DNA of 64,000 nucleotides from Vicugna vicugna (lineage: Eukaryota): NCBI GenBank assembly GCA_013265495.1, contig MU058475.1, positions 434,001-498,000 of the forward strand, given 5' to 3'. Each line of letters opens with the position of its first letter. Within the stretch, counting starts at the first letter, position 1. The position numbers were made by a program, and so were the translations under genes. This document shows positions 37,010 to 50,560 of this stretch, piece by piece. The notes beneath the pieces were generated by a model. The model was not told the DNA's origin. It worked only from the letters and a program-made list of their open reading frames with translations, and did no database searches.

Positions 37010-38260
37010 GATTTGGCATTGATTTCTTGGCTATGACACCAGAAACACAAGAAACAAAGGTAAAAATAGTAAATTGGACTACATCAAAATTAAAAGCTTC
37101 TGTGCATCAAAGGACACAATCAAAGTGAAAAGCAACCTAGGGGATGGGAGAAAATACTTGCAAATCATATACCCGATAAGGGGTTAATATCCAAAATATA
37201 TAAGGAACTCCTACAACTCAACAACAGAAAGGACAAATAATCTGATTTAAAAATGAGTAAGAGATTTGCATAGACATTTATCCAAAGAAGATATACAAAT
37301 GGGCAACCAGCATTTTCATGCTCATCATGAACAACCATTAAAGAATTATAAATCAGAACCACAATCATCCATTAAGATGGCTACCGAAAATAAGCATTGG
37401 CAAGGCTGTGGGGAAACCCGAACATTTATGTACTATTGGTGGGAATGGAAAATGGTGCAGACCCTATGGAAAATGGTATGACACTTCATCAAAAAATTAA
37501 AAGTGGAATTAACATATGAGCCAGAATTTTCACCTCTGCATATGTACCTGAAAGAAGTGAAAGCAGGGATCTAAGAGGTCTTTGTACATCCATGTTCCTA
37601 GCAGCATTAGTTACAATAGCATAGATGTGGAGCAACCCAAGTGTCCACAGATGAATGTATGAACAGACAAAATGTGGTATATTCATACAATGGAATATTA
37701 TTCAGCCTTGAAAAAAGGGAGATTCTGACACATGCTACAACATGGATGAAGGTATTTTAAGAGAAATAGATATGTACCTGAAAGAATTGAAAGCAGGGAT
37801 CTAAGAGGTCTTTGTACATCCATGTGCCTAGCAGCATTAGTTACAATAGCATAGATGTGGAGCAACCTAAGTGTCCACAGATGAAAGTATGAACAGACAA
37901 AATGTGGTATATTCATACAATGGAATATAATTCAGCCTTGAAAAAAGGAAATTCTGACACATGCTACAACATGGATGAAGGTATTTTAAGAGAAATAGGC
38001 CAGTCACAAAAATACACATATTATATGATTTCTAAAGTAGTCAAGTTCATATAGACAGTGGTTGCCAGGGCTGAGGGAGGAGAGATGCGGAGTCAGTGCT
38101 TCACAGGAATAGAGCATCAGTTTTATAAGATGAAAAGAGTTCTGGGGATGGATGATAGTGATGGCCACACAACAATGTGAACGTGCTTAAAACCACTGAA
38201 CTGCATATTTCAAAATGTTTAAGATGGTGAATTTTATGTTATATGTATTTTACCGTAGTT
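37010..38260 (+). mobile_element. L1 (L1MA/MB-like) ORF2 end and 3'UTR with an internal tandem duplication
   Basis: ttggactacatcaaaattaaaagcttctg, ccaaagaagatatacaaatgg, ttctgacacatgctacaacatggatgaa. Confidence 0.9.
37540..37998. repeat. Tandem duplication, 2 x about 230 bp, with about 6-7 differences
   Basis: atatgtacctgaaagaa...gagaaatag at 37540-37769 and 37770-37998. Confidence 0.95.
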
Positions 38261-38289
38261 TTTTTTTTAATACCTTAAGAGATAGATTT

Positions 38290-38405
38290 TCACCAGCGTT
38301 CTACAGATGAGAAACTGGTTCAGAGGGGTTAAACAACTTGCCAAAGGTCACACACCAACCTGGTAGTGAAGCCCGACTCTGAACCCAGACCTTACTGTGG
38401 ACTCC
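38290..38405 (-). mobile_element. MIR fragment
   Basis: tacagatgagaaactggttcagaggggttaaacaacttgccaaaggtcacac. Confidence 0.8.
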
Positions 38406-38452
38406 GGCCTTTTCCTCTTCCTGTTAAAGTTGGCTTTTTAAAAATTGCTTGA

Positions 38453-39390
38453 ATATCAAAAAAATAAAAAGAAAGAAGAAATGGGCAAAAGGCCAAAAAG
38501 ACATACAGATGGCCAATAAGCACATGAAAAGATACTTGATGTCACTAATTATTGCAGAAATGCAAATCAAAACTGCGATGAGGTATCACTGCAGAATGAT
38601 GGCAGAATGGCCATCATTCAAAAGTCTACAAATAATAAATGATGGAGGAGCTGTGGAGAAAAAGGAACCCTCCTACACTGCTGGTAGGGATGTAAATTGG
38701 TGCAGCCACTATGGAGGACAGTATAGAGATTCATTAAAAAACCCAAAATAGACTTACTCTATGATCCAGCAATCCCACTCCTGGGCATACATTTGGAGAA
38801 AACTCTAATTCAAAAGGACACGTGCATCCCAATGTTCACAGCAGCGCTATTTACAATAGCCAAGACATGGAAACAACCTAAATGTCCATAAGCAGATGAC
38901 TGGATAAAGACGATGACGTCTATATATACGGTAGAATACTACTCAGCCATAAAAAATGAAATAATTCCATTTGCAGCAACATGGATGGACTTAGAGATAA
39001 TCATACTGAATGAAGAAAGTCAGACAGAGAAAGACAAATATGTGATTATCACTTATATGTGGAATCTAAAAAAAGGACACAAATAAACTCATTTACAAAA
39101 CAGAAACAGACTCAGACATAGAAAACAAACTTACTGTTACCAAAGGGGAAAGGGGGTGAGGAAGGGTAAATTAGGAGTTTGGGATTAACATATACATACT
39201 ACTATATACAAAATAAACAACAAGGTCCTACTGTATAGCACAGGGAACTATATTCAATATCTTATGATAATCTATAAAAGAATCTGAAAAAGAATGTATA
39301 TATATGTATAAATGAATCACCTTCTGTACACCTGAAATGAACACAACATTGTAAATCAATTATACTTCAATTTTTGAAAAAGTTTTAAAA
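38453..39390 (+). mobile_element. 5'-truncated artiodactyl-type L1
   Basis: ORF 38449..38751 (DIQMANKHMKR...[11 protein letters not shown]), 3'UTR ctactgtatagcacagggaactatattcaa; TSD-like taaaaattgcttga / taaaaatgtgcttga. Confidence 0.9.
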
Positions 39391-41971
39391 ATGTGCTTGA
39401 TTAACTGCAGTGGGAACATGTTTTCGTATCCATCTCCCAGGTGAGCCTTTCCTTCCACTGTCTCCTCTGCACCAAATGGCCCTGAGTCAGTGCTGGGCGC
39501 TGTCTTGCAGAGCATCACATGCAGATGCTCTTCCTCAACTGCAGGTCGTCTTCCAGGGTGACAGACCAAATGGCCAAAGGGTCTGGATCTGGATCCCTAA
39601 GCGGGATGGAACCGCTGCGCCTGCCCAGTTGAGAGAAGGGGGAGACTCAAGACCCATGAGGCTGCCAGGTTCTCTTCCTTCCCTGCTGGCCTGAGTCGGA
39701 AGGGTTCCCTTCTGCAGGAGCCTATTAAAAAGCCCTAGGGACACACTTCTTGGCCACAGGGACTCTCCAGGATCCGATCTGAGCCCCTTACCCTGTATTC
39801 CAGTGTCTAAATCCCACCTGGAGCGCCTGCCTTCCACCCCCCGGCCACCCCCTGAAGGGTGAGCATGACGCTGCTCTAGCATCGGCCCAGTGTCCAGCTT
39901 CACCCTGGACCTTGCCGACTCTGCTGGCAGCCACCGCACTGTGTGAGTTGGGGCCAATCCTAGGTGCCCCAAGCTCTCTTGCCTGCACTGACCAAGTCTG
40001 GCAGGCGACTGGGTCCTTCTCGCCCAGGAAGGAACATGGCATCTTCTGGCGCCCGGCAGGCATTCCCGAGGACCAGAGCTGGCTCTTCTTTCGCAGTATT
40101 CTGCCCTCCTCCTCCTTGGGTTTTCCTACCAACGCTCGAGAATTTGGGAAAATGACAAGACCTTGCTTCTCATAAAATGTTGACGCACTTTCCCTAGGAC
40201 TCAGAGACCCCCTCCTGTGTCTTCAGTGACAGGCACCGGATGCCACGCTCTGTCAGTCCTGGACACACACACCCCCGCCTCTCCCTCCATCACCTGCCAG
40301 TGTGCGGAGCTGGAACCCCCACCACTGATGCGCACTTTCACAGCTGTCTTCGCCCCCCTTCTCTCTGTCCCTACAACGACCACCCAGCACTAGGGGGCTG
40401 AGGCCTAAACAATTAGCTCACATTCCAAACACACACCAGTCTCCATCAGGAGGAGGAAAGGGGACATTTTTATGACTACAGCGCATATTTGATAAGGGCT
40501 TTAAATAACTCACAGCAAATACCCAGCCGGACAGTGATGACACAGGCCTGCCTACGGGGACTCGGCTGACCAGCTCTGCTTTTTTCTGTGGTCCACACCC
40601 TCCACTCAGAATTTGAGGACCTAGAGATTAACTCAAAGCTCTTTGAGACAAATTGATTTCCAGAGGTCCAGGCTTGCCAACCCACTGTGTCCTCTGAAGG
40701 GAAATTGCTGATTTGTCCCCCTTGAATGCTTAACAAACTCTACACTCCCCTGGGAAATCAAAATTGGTAAACTATGAAATTGCACAGGGGGCTGGGACCG
40801 CAAGCTGTCAAATCCCCCAGACCTTCTCCCGCACCACGGGCGGCATCAGGGACTGGCCGCTTCCCTCGGCGGGCGGCTGTCCGGCCCTGCAAGTTCTCCA
40901 GGGGGTGGTGATGGAAGCTGCCTGCCAGGCCTCTGCAGCCCTGCTGGGTCTGCAGGCTCCCTCCCCTGCCCCGAAGCCGTAGCCACACCGCTTAAGTGGT
41001 GTCTTTGCCTTTTCCTCCCAGGCTCCAACTCCTTGTCCATTTACTAAAAGCAAGAAATGGGACATCACATCGCGCGGAGCCGGCCTGGCTGCCCCTCGGC
41101 GCCGCAGCAGGACATGGATCGCGATGCTTCCTTGTTTACTGAGCTCTGCCTCCCCCCAGCCTCCCAGGGGGTTGCACAACCTGCAAATTCCTCTTCAACA
41201 CCCACCTCCAGTCTCCCTTAGCCCTAGGACACAAGATGGGCGTGCACCCAGAGCTGGCTATTCCAGGGTCCCCCTCAAAGGGGCTGGAGCCCAGAGCCTG
41301 CCACCTCCCCGACCTCAGCAACCTGACTCCGGAATGACGCCAGCCAGACGTCCCCCAGCAGACAGCAATCTTCCCTCAGGCCCTGGGCTGTTGTGGGTTT
41401 TCTCTTTTTTTCCTTTTCTTCTCCAGAAGCAACATAAGCTCATTTAAAACACACACGTTTAATATTCCAGTGCCTTGCTACAACGCACAGAGCAACAGTT
41501 CCAAAACAGCTCTGCATCTGTAATCCATAATTTATCATCCAAATTTGTTGTGTTCAATTATTCATAGCCTGCAACGGGGTGTCCCCAAATAGGCAAACAA
41601 ACTCAAATGAAAACTCAAGCAAAATGTAAGAAATGAAAAACTCACCCAGGCATGGCCATGACAGTTTCAGGAGGAGGTGTGAAAGTCCAGGTTGGTGAAT
41701 ACGGAAGTACAGGTTGGGGTCAGGAAGAATTTCACAGAAGCCTTTTTCCCAAGACCTGACAGTGTTGCCATTCACTGCCATATTCTCTTCTGGGGGGGTG
41801 GGGGCAGGGAGGGGATGGTGGCAGTTATACACCACCTTTATATTCCTCGTACAGACATCACCAAATGTTTCATCAAGCTATTTTGAGGGCATAGAATTCA
41901 ATCAACATTTCTCTGGGTATTTATTCATCATCTGTGATGTGTTGGCACAAAAAGACGAGTAAGATACAGCT

Positions 41972-42140
41972 GGCGGGGTGGGGGAGGGGATAGCTCAGTG
42001 AGCGTGTGTGCCTAGCAAGCACGAGGTTCAGTCCCCAGTACCACCATTAAAAATAAGTAAATAAATAAAAATCCAATTACCTCCCCCCGATAAAATAATA
42101 AATTAAACATTAAAAAAAAGAAAACCTTTTAAAAAAAAAA
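41972..42140 (+). mobile_element. Vic-1-like SINE
   Basis: ggggatagctcagtg...ccccagtaccaccatt...aattacctcccccc; TSD aagatacagctg / aaggtatagctg. Confidence 0.85.
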
Positions 42141-42189
42141 AGGTATAGCTGTCAACTCTGAGGACCCTGAAAGACAGGCAGGGACCAGA

Positions 42190-42830
42190 GGACTTGGAGA
42201 GGAATTTGATTCATTCTGAGCACCATGAGGAATTCTGGGAGGTTGCAAGCAGGAATATAACATATTCTGAAGTTCTTACAAGAGCCTCCCAGATTTAGGA
42301 CATTCGACAGTCAAGAGCGGAGTTTGGAAGCTGCCCAGGTGGAAGTTGATGGGCACGTGGACCCAGAGGGAGTTGGGGGGGTGGGGAGGGTTAGACAGGA
42401 TCAGATGCAAGAGATGCAGCCTCGAGCATGTGCTGCTGGTGTGAACGTGGGGTGTGAGCGGAAGAAGGGTCACCGTGACTCCTGGATCTGGGCCCGAGCA
42501 TTTGGGTGAATGACGGTGCCATTTCCTGAAAAGGAAACCGCGGGGGAGGTTTCGTTTCAAGCCTGAGATTAAGAGCCCTGCTGTAGACGTGTTAACTTGT
42601 GCTGCTTGTTAGTCATCCACGTGGAGGTGTGGAGGTGGCCGTCACGTCTGCGAATCTGAGGCTCTGGAGAGAAGTCAGGGCTGGAGATGGGAATTTGGAA
42701 GTGGCCGATTTAGAGATGGCATTCGAAGTCCTGTGATTGGATGAGGTGACTTGGGAATTGAAAGTATTAGAGACGAGAAGAGGGGTCAAGACTGACATGC
42801 CCGATGTGTATGGCAATGAAGAGTGAGCAG
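42190..42830 (-). mobile_element. LINE-2 fragment
   Basis: gactcctggatctgggcccgagcatttgggtgaatgacggtgccattt...cagggctggagatgggaatttggaagt...tggatgaggtgac. Confidence 0.8.
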
Positions 42831-43899
42831 TTCCAGCAAGGTGTCAGCTCCCTTTAAAGATTTCTTGAAAGTGCCATCCAACGACTCAATAGGTTACAGT
42901 TTCATCTCATGTGGGGCCACCCTGAGCTGAGCACGTTGCTACTCTAAATAATCAGGAAGGAAGAGGAGGAGAATGTCTATTGTGTGGGTACCAAGAGCCC
43001 CCTTTTTCCAGCGAGATTCTGTCCATCCCTTTCCGACCCGTTCTACCACCTGTCCCCGCCCAGGTAGAGGTGCCGTGCATTGGGAGGAGAGTGTGGTGTC
43101 CAGGAGGCAAGGGAAGAAAGTGGTCCAAGACTATCAAATTCTTCCAAAAGACAAGACTATGACAGAATATTCCCAGTACCTGGATTGTGGAACCTCAATG
43201 AACATCTAAGGAAGCAAGGAAAGAAGACAGAAAGGGAGAGGATAAAGAGATGGGGCATCAGGGAAAGAGGATCCAGGTAATCCTGTAATTTTCATAAATC
43301 TTCTTAGCAAAGGAGCACAAGACCTGGGGTCAGGGGACTGGAATGCACCCACCAGCCACAGGGCAGGCACCTGATCAACCTGAGCCTCTTCTTACTGATC
43401 CACAAAGTGGACTATTTCTCATACAGATTCTGCAGTAAAATGAGGACTCTGACATACTGCTAGTGACATTGTGAATCAATACTTCCAACTGGAAAAGCAA
43501 GGCATCCATGAATCATGAGTCCACAAAAATATGCATATTTTTAATCCATGTCTGAGTTTCTTTTCTAAGAAAAGAATTCCACGTATTTTCAAAGGCATTG
43601 GTACCCATATTAAAATAGCCTGGGGTCCCTGATGATGTTGTAGGAAAATAAAGCATTAATTTTTTAACCACTGTGGTCTAGTCTCTGTTGCTAGCAACTG
43701 AACACAGTTTCTAATGGATACCAAGCTGGAAAGTCTGGCTATTTGGGCTAATCTGGAAGTCAGGGACTTCTCATGGTGACAGGGGAAAAGAAGAAAATAG
43801 CATGTAATAAGTAATGAAATTAGTCACGCTGATCTTTTAGGGGAAAGTGAATAATTGGTTCTAATTTTAGTTTTTTTTAACTTCGGAGATATTTATAAT

Positions 43900-44775
43900 G
43901 TTTTTATTAAGCTATCATTCACGCAAAAAAAAATCACTTGTTGCATGTACAGCTTTCTGAAGTTTGTGACAAATGCATACAGTCAGGCAACCACTACCAC
44001 AGTCAACATACAGGACTGTTCCTCACCCTGTAGAGTTCCTTCAGACATTATTGCAGTCAATTCTCTCCCCTCCCCTCCCCCAGGCAAAGACTGATCTGTT
44101 TTCTGTCTCAATAGCTTTTGCTTTGTCCAGAACGTAATATAAATGGAATCAAACAGTAAACAGCCTTTCAAGTCTGTCTTTTCTCACTTAGCAGAATGCA
44201 CTGAGACGCACCCATGTTATTGCATGTTTGTTCCTTTTATTTCTGTACAGTGTCCAAGAGATGGATGGTCTACAGTTTGTTCATCTATTCACCAGGGAAG
44301 ACATCTGTGTTGTTTCCAATTTGGGAAATGAATAAGGAAGAAACATTTGTGTACGGGTTTTATATCTGGCAGGTGTATGTTTAACTTTAAAAGAAAATGC
44401 CAAACTGTTCTTCTCAGTGGCTGTACCATTTTGCATTCTCCCCAGCAACAGATGAGAGTTCCAGTTGCTCGAGATTCTCACCAACACTCAACATCGTCTT
44501 TTTGTGGTTATTGTCATTGTTGTTCTAGGTGGTACCTCATTCAGTTTTAGTTTGCATTTCCTTAACGGCTAATGATGTTGAGTATCTTTTCATGTGTTTA
44601 TCTGTCATCTGTATACCTTCTGTGGTGAATTGTTCAAATCTTTCCTGCACTGGGGGAAGGAGATCCTTTCTTTCTCACTGTTGAATTTTGATAGTTCTCT
44701 ATTTATTCTACACAGTCTACCTTTATCAGATATGGAATTTGCAAACATTTCACCCCAGTCTGTGGCTTGACTATG
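43900..44775 (-). mobile_element. L1 (L1MB/MC-like) 3' end
   Basis: gtggctgtaccattttgcattctccccagcaacagatgagagttccagttgct; tttgcatttcc; tttgcaaacattt. Confidence 0.85.
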
Positions 44776-45380
44776 CATACTTGAAAAACTAAACTCCAGT
44801 CCTAGTCCCATCTCTTCAGAATGAGCCTTCTGCTGTAAAAACTTTTACCACCCTCCTACTCCAGGGCAACCCAGGAAAATGTCAAGTCTTCCTCTCATGT
44901 CAGTGGGACTTGGAAATAAACATGGCTCTCCTACACCCTACCCTTCAAAACAAATGCTCCTTGCGCTTCTGAGGCCGTGAATGTCTATAAGAAGTTGCCT
45001 TCCCCTTCAGTGTCTTCAGATCCCAGGAGGTTCTTGGTCTCCTCTTCAACTCCTGGGCACAGGGCCAAACCTGAGAGTCTGTACACCGTGATCAAGTTAG
45101 GGAAACACCATCCCCCATTTTCCTTTATTATTCCGTTGTTGCTATTCTTCTTTGAATTGCCTATATGTGTATGTATCCCTATATATTCAATGTGCCACTT
45201 TTGAGCTACTTATACATGGAATCACACTGTAACAGTCTTTGTAGTTTGCTTCTTCCACTCAGCATTATGGTTTCAAGACTTACCCACATGGATGCTGGTA
45301 ATAATCAGTTTTTCACTTTTCCAACTATGTCATAGTCTTTTGTATGAAATAGCACAATTTGATTATCCATTCTACTCTTG

Positions 45381-45604
45381 TGCGTGTGTGTATGTGTGTG
45401 TTTTATTTATTTATTTTTAGTTGAAGTATAGTCAGTCACAATGTGTCAATTTCTGGTGCACAGCATAATGTTTCAGTCACATATACATACATATATTCGT
45501 TTTCATGTCCTTTTTCATTTAATTTACTACAGGACATTGAACATAGTTCCCTGTGCTATACAGAAGAATTTTAAAAATCTATTTTATATATAGTAGTTAG
45601 TATT
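45381..45604 (-). mobile_element. 5'-truncated lineage-specific L1 3' end inserted into an older L1
   Basis: ttgaagtatagtcagtcacaatgtgtcaatttctgg; 15-bp TSD tccattctactcttg (45366-45380 / 45605-45619). Confidence 0.9.
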
Positions 45605-45999
45605 TCCATTCTACTCTTGATGAATATATTATTTAATCTTTATGGGTAAACCTTATGTCATGCTCCTTCAAGATTTTTTGCCTTTTGGTTTTCGTGATCT
45701 TTTCTTCTCTTTCTCAAAAGCCTGAGGTTCTGCAAATGAAAAGTTTTAGCTTTCCAAGCTGCTGAATTTGCAGTTAGCTTCAGAGGTGTGCTTGGCACTC
45801 GAGGTGCCCATTGACTCTGACTTTCATGTTTCATCGCCTTGTAACAACTCGGAGTCTTCAGAAGCAATGGATGCCTCTGTACAAGGAGCGGGTCACAGAA
45901 AAGAAAAAAAGGAGCAAGTCACTTACGAGGAAGTGCAAACAGGAAGGGTATTATTTTGCCTTACTGCTACAATTTTTAAAAAATCAAAATATAGCTTCT

Positions 46000-48900
46000 G
46001 GAGCAGAAATCTCCAGGAACCAGTAGAAAAACTGAAACTATCACTGATAAGTTTCTGGAGGCTCAGTGTGGTTAAGTCTGAGAGTTAAAAACTCCAGAGG
46101 GGCCCATTTGGTTCGGAGGGGCCCCCACACTCCTGTGAGTTTTACCTCCGGGAGCCTATGAGGTTGTCACATTGACTATCAGGGGGAAATATCTTATGTG
46201 TCTGGCAGCAGGGAAGAGAAAAGCACCGTTTTGAAATACATAGAACATTCTCTTGTTCTTAACAAGGCCTACCCTCAAGAGAAACTATTTTTCCAGAATG
46301 AAACCTGCCAGGGATTTATCAGAGCCTAAGTTGTTATGAGAGTGAATCCTAAGAGTTCTCATCACTAGGAATTTTTTTTTCTATGACTTTGTATCTATAC
46401 TAGATAATGGCTATTCACTGAACTTGTGATAATCATTTCATGATGTATGTAAGTCAAATCATTATGCTGTGCCCCTTAAACTTATACAGTGCTGTGTGTC
46501 AATTATATCTCAATGAAACTGGAAGGAAAAAAGAAGTTAAGAAAAAGACAGACACTGCCAGAGTATATTTTTAAAAGCCAAATGTATTTTGCCTACATAA
46601 GTCCACTTTAAATAGAAAACACAGATTAAAAATAAAAGGATGGAGAGAGATGCACCATGCTACCTCTAATCAAAGCAAAGTGAGAGTAGCTATATTAATT
46701 TCAGACTAGGCAGACTTCAGAGCAAAGAAAATTATCAGGGATAAAGAAGGGCGTTACATAATGATAAAGGGGTCAATTATCCAAGACGACAAAATAATGC
46801 TTAATGTGTATGCACCTAAAAGCAGAGCATCAAAATATGTAAGGCAAAAACTGAAAGAAATACAAAGGGAAATAGATGAATCCACTAGTATAATTGGAGA
46901 CTTCAGCATCCTTGTATCAGTAATGGACAGACTGAGCAGGTGGAAACTCAGTAGGATATAATTGAACTGAGCAACATCATCAATCAATGCATTGAGTTGA
47001 TGTATAAAATATATCATCCAACAACAGCAGAGTACATTCTTCTCAAGCTCACACAGAACATTTACCAAGACAGAACACACTCTGGGCCATAAAACACACT
47101 TTAATGAATTTAAAACAATAGAAATTATATGAAGTATTCTCTCCACAGTGGAATTAAACTAGAAATCAATAACAGAAAGATAGCTGAAAAACCCAAAACT
47201 CAGAGTTTACAACACATGTCCAAATAAATATGGGTCAAAATGAAGTCTCAAGAGAAATTTTTAAATATTTCAAACTAAATGAAACTGAAAGTAACTCTTA
47301 ACAAATTTTGTGGGTGCAGTGACAGCAGTTCTTAGAGGGAAATTGATTTATTAGAAATTGAAATATTAGAAAGAGAAGAAAGATTTTAAATTAATAATCA
47401 AGCTTCCACCATAGGAAATTAGAAAGGGAAGAAAAAGAAGAGTAAATTAAATCCAAAAAAAAAAGCAGAAAAAAGAAATAATAAAAATTAGAGCAGAAAT
47501 CAATGAATTTGGAATAAGAAATTAAGAAAGTCAACAGAACCAAAACTAGTTCTTTGAAAAGATCAATTAAATTGATAAATCTCTAGCCAGGATGTCAATC
47601 AAACAACTAAAAAAGTACAAAGACTCAGACTACTACTATTGGAAAAGATGGCCATCACTACTGATCCTGTGGATATTTTTTAAATAATAAAAAAGTATTA
47701 TGAATAACTTTAAGACCATAAATTTGATAACCTAGATGAAATGAACTGATTCATTGAAAGACACAATCTGCCAAAATTCAGACCAGGAGAAACAGATCAT
47801 CTAATTAGGCCTATATCTTTATATGAAATTGAATCAATAATTAATAATCTTCAAAATGAGAAAGCACCAGGAACGGGTTTACTGGTGAGTTTTACCAAAT
47901 ATTTAAGGAAGCAACGATACCAATTCTCCACAATCTTTCCAGTAAAACAGAAGCAGAGGGCATACATCCTAACTTGTTCTATGAGGCTAGCATTCCTGTA
48001 ATACCAAAACTAGATAAAAGACATTATAAGAAATGAAAACTGAAGACCAGTACGTCTCATGAACATAGACACAAACAGCCTCAAAAAAGTTAACAAATCA
48101 GGTCAAACAAATGTATAAAAAATTATATACCATGAGCACATGGGATTTATTTCAAGTACGCAAGACTGGTTCACCATTCAAAAATCAATTTAATTCACCC
48201 AATATAATGTAATCCATTACATCAACAGACGAAAAAAGAAAAATCACATGAACATATCAAGAGATGCAGAAAAAGCATTTGATGAAGTGTAACACCTGTG
48301 ATGATTTTTAAAAACCCAATAAACTAGGAATAATGAGGGGAACTTCATCAACTTGATTAAAAAAATCTATTAAAAAGTCTACAGCTAGCAATATACTTAA
48401 TGGTGAGAAACTCCATGCTTCCCTACTAAGATTAGAAATAAATCAAGATGTTCATTCTCACCACTCCTATTCAACATACTGGAAGTTCTAGTTAATGCAA
48501 GAAGACAAGAAAAGGAAATAAAATATATACAGATCAAGAAGAATGAAATAAAATTAGCTTTTTTCTCAAAAGACATGACTGTCTATGTAGAAAATTTTAA
48601 AAACTCAGTAACAGCAAAAACTGGAATAAGCAATTATAATAAGGTTTCAGGATATAAGATTAATATACAAAAGTCAATTGCTTTTTTATCTACTAGCAAT
48701 GAACAATTAAAATTTGAAATTTAAAATACTAATTGACATTAGTACCAAAAAATGAAATATTTAAGTGTAATTATAACAAAATATTATAATATCTAAATGA
48801 GAAAAACTACAAAACTCTGATAAATGAAACCAAAGAAGACCAAAATAAATTGAGACGTATTCCATATCATGGGCAAGAAGATTCAATATTGTCAAGACAT

Positions 48901-50560
48901 CAGTGCTTCTAAACATGATTCAGTGCAGCCCCAGTCAAAATCCAAGCACCTCATTTTGTGCATATCAACAACCTGATTCTAAAGTTTATATGGAAAGACA
49001 AAAGACCCAGAATATTGAACACAATATTAAAGGAGATCAAACTTGGAGAACTGACACTTCCTGACTTTAAGACTTACTATAAAGCTATTGTAATCAAGAC
49101 AGTGCATATTGGTGGAAGAACAGGCAAATACATCAAAGGGATAGAAAGAGAGCCCAGAAACAGACCCACAGGAATGTAGTCAGCTGATCTTTGACAAAGG
49201 AGCAAAAGAATTTCAGTGGAGAAAAGACAATCTTTTTATCAAATGGTGCTGAAATAACTAGCTATTCACATGGGAAAAATGAATCTAGACACAAACTTTA
49301 CACTTTCACAAAAATTAACTCAAAGGGAATCATTAACAAGGGTAGGGTAAAGCTCAGTGGCAAAGCACATGCTTAGCATGCACAAGGTCCTGGGTTCAAT
49401 CCCCAGTACCTCCACTAAAAAAAAATCATAAACTTAAATGTAAAATGCAAAACTATAAAACTTCTAGAAAATAATATAGGAGAAAATCTAGGTAAACCTT
49501 GAGTTTGATGATGACTATTTATTTATTTATAGATTTTTAAAAATTGGAGTATAGTTGATTGATGATGATTTTTAGATACAACAAAAACATGAGCTATGAC
49601 AGAAAGAATTGATAAGCTGGATTTCATTAAAATTAAGAACTACTGCTCTGTTAATGACACTGTTAAGAGAATGAACAAACCACAGACTGTAAGAAAATCT
49701 TTACAAAACACATATCTATCTGATAAAGGACTGTTATCCAAAACATACAAAGAATTCTTAAAATTCTTAAAATTCTTAAAAGAAAACGAAACAAAACAAA
49801 ACAATTTTAATAGGCAAAATACCTGAACAGATACCTCACCAAAGAAGATATACTGATGGCAAATAGGCACACTAGAAGATGTTCAACATCACATGTCATT
49901 AGGGAATTACAAATTAAAATGACAATGAGATACCACTATACACCTATTAGAATGATTAAAACCCAAAGCTCTGATAACACCGAATGTTCTGAGGATGTGG
50001 AGCAACAGGAACTCTCATTCCTTGCTGGTGGGAATACAAAATGGTACAGCCACTTTGGAACACAGTCTAGTGGTTTCTTATAAAGCTAAGTATGCTTTTA
50101 CCATGCAATCATGCTCCTTAGTATTTACCCAAAGGGGTTGAAAACTTATGTCCACACAAAAACTGGCACATGGATGTTTATATCAGCTTTATTCATAATT
50201 GTCAAAACTTAGAAGCACCCAAGATGTCCTTCAGTAGGTGAATGGATAAACAAATTGTGGTACATCCACACAGTGGATTATTCAGCAATAAAAATAAGTA
50301 AATAATTTAGCAATTAAAAAACAGCTGTCACACCTCCAAAAGATAAGAAGGAGCCTTAAATGCATCTTACTAAGTAAAAGAAGTCAGCTTGAAAAGGCTG
50401 CATACTGTATGATTCCAACATTATAACGTTCTGTAAAAAGCAAAACTGTGGAGGCAGGAATAAGATCAGCTCTTGCCAAGAGTGTGGGGGCGGGAGGGGC
50501 AAGTAGGTGGAGCACAGGGAGTTTTAGGGCAGTGGAACCATTCTGAATAGTAGATCCACA
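46000..50560 (+). mobile_element. L1 (L1MC-like): 5' region, most of ORF2, 3'UTR; mosaic with an unrelated L1 3' piece at about 46335-46530
   Basis: ORF 46761..46961 MIKGSIIQDDKIMLNVYAPKSRASKYVRQKLKEIQREIDESTSIIGDFS; ORF 48958..49179 LTLPDFKTYYKAIVIKTV. Confidence 0.92.
49338..49425 (+). mobile_element. Vic-1-like SINE (short form) inside L1
   Basis: agctcagtggcaaagcacatgcttagcatgcacaaggtcctgggttcaatccccagtacc; TSD aatcattaac / aatcataaac. Confidence 0.9.

Noticed and set aside
46000..50560. Active reverse transcriptase / intact L1
   Set aside because: ORF2 is broken into pieces under 100 aa by stops and frameshifts, ORF1 is absent, and there are nested insertions
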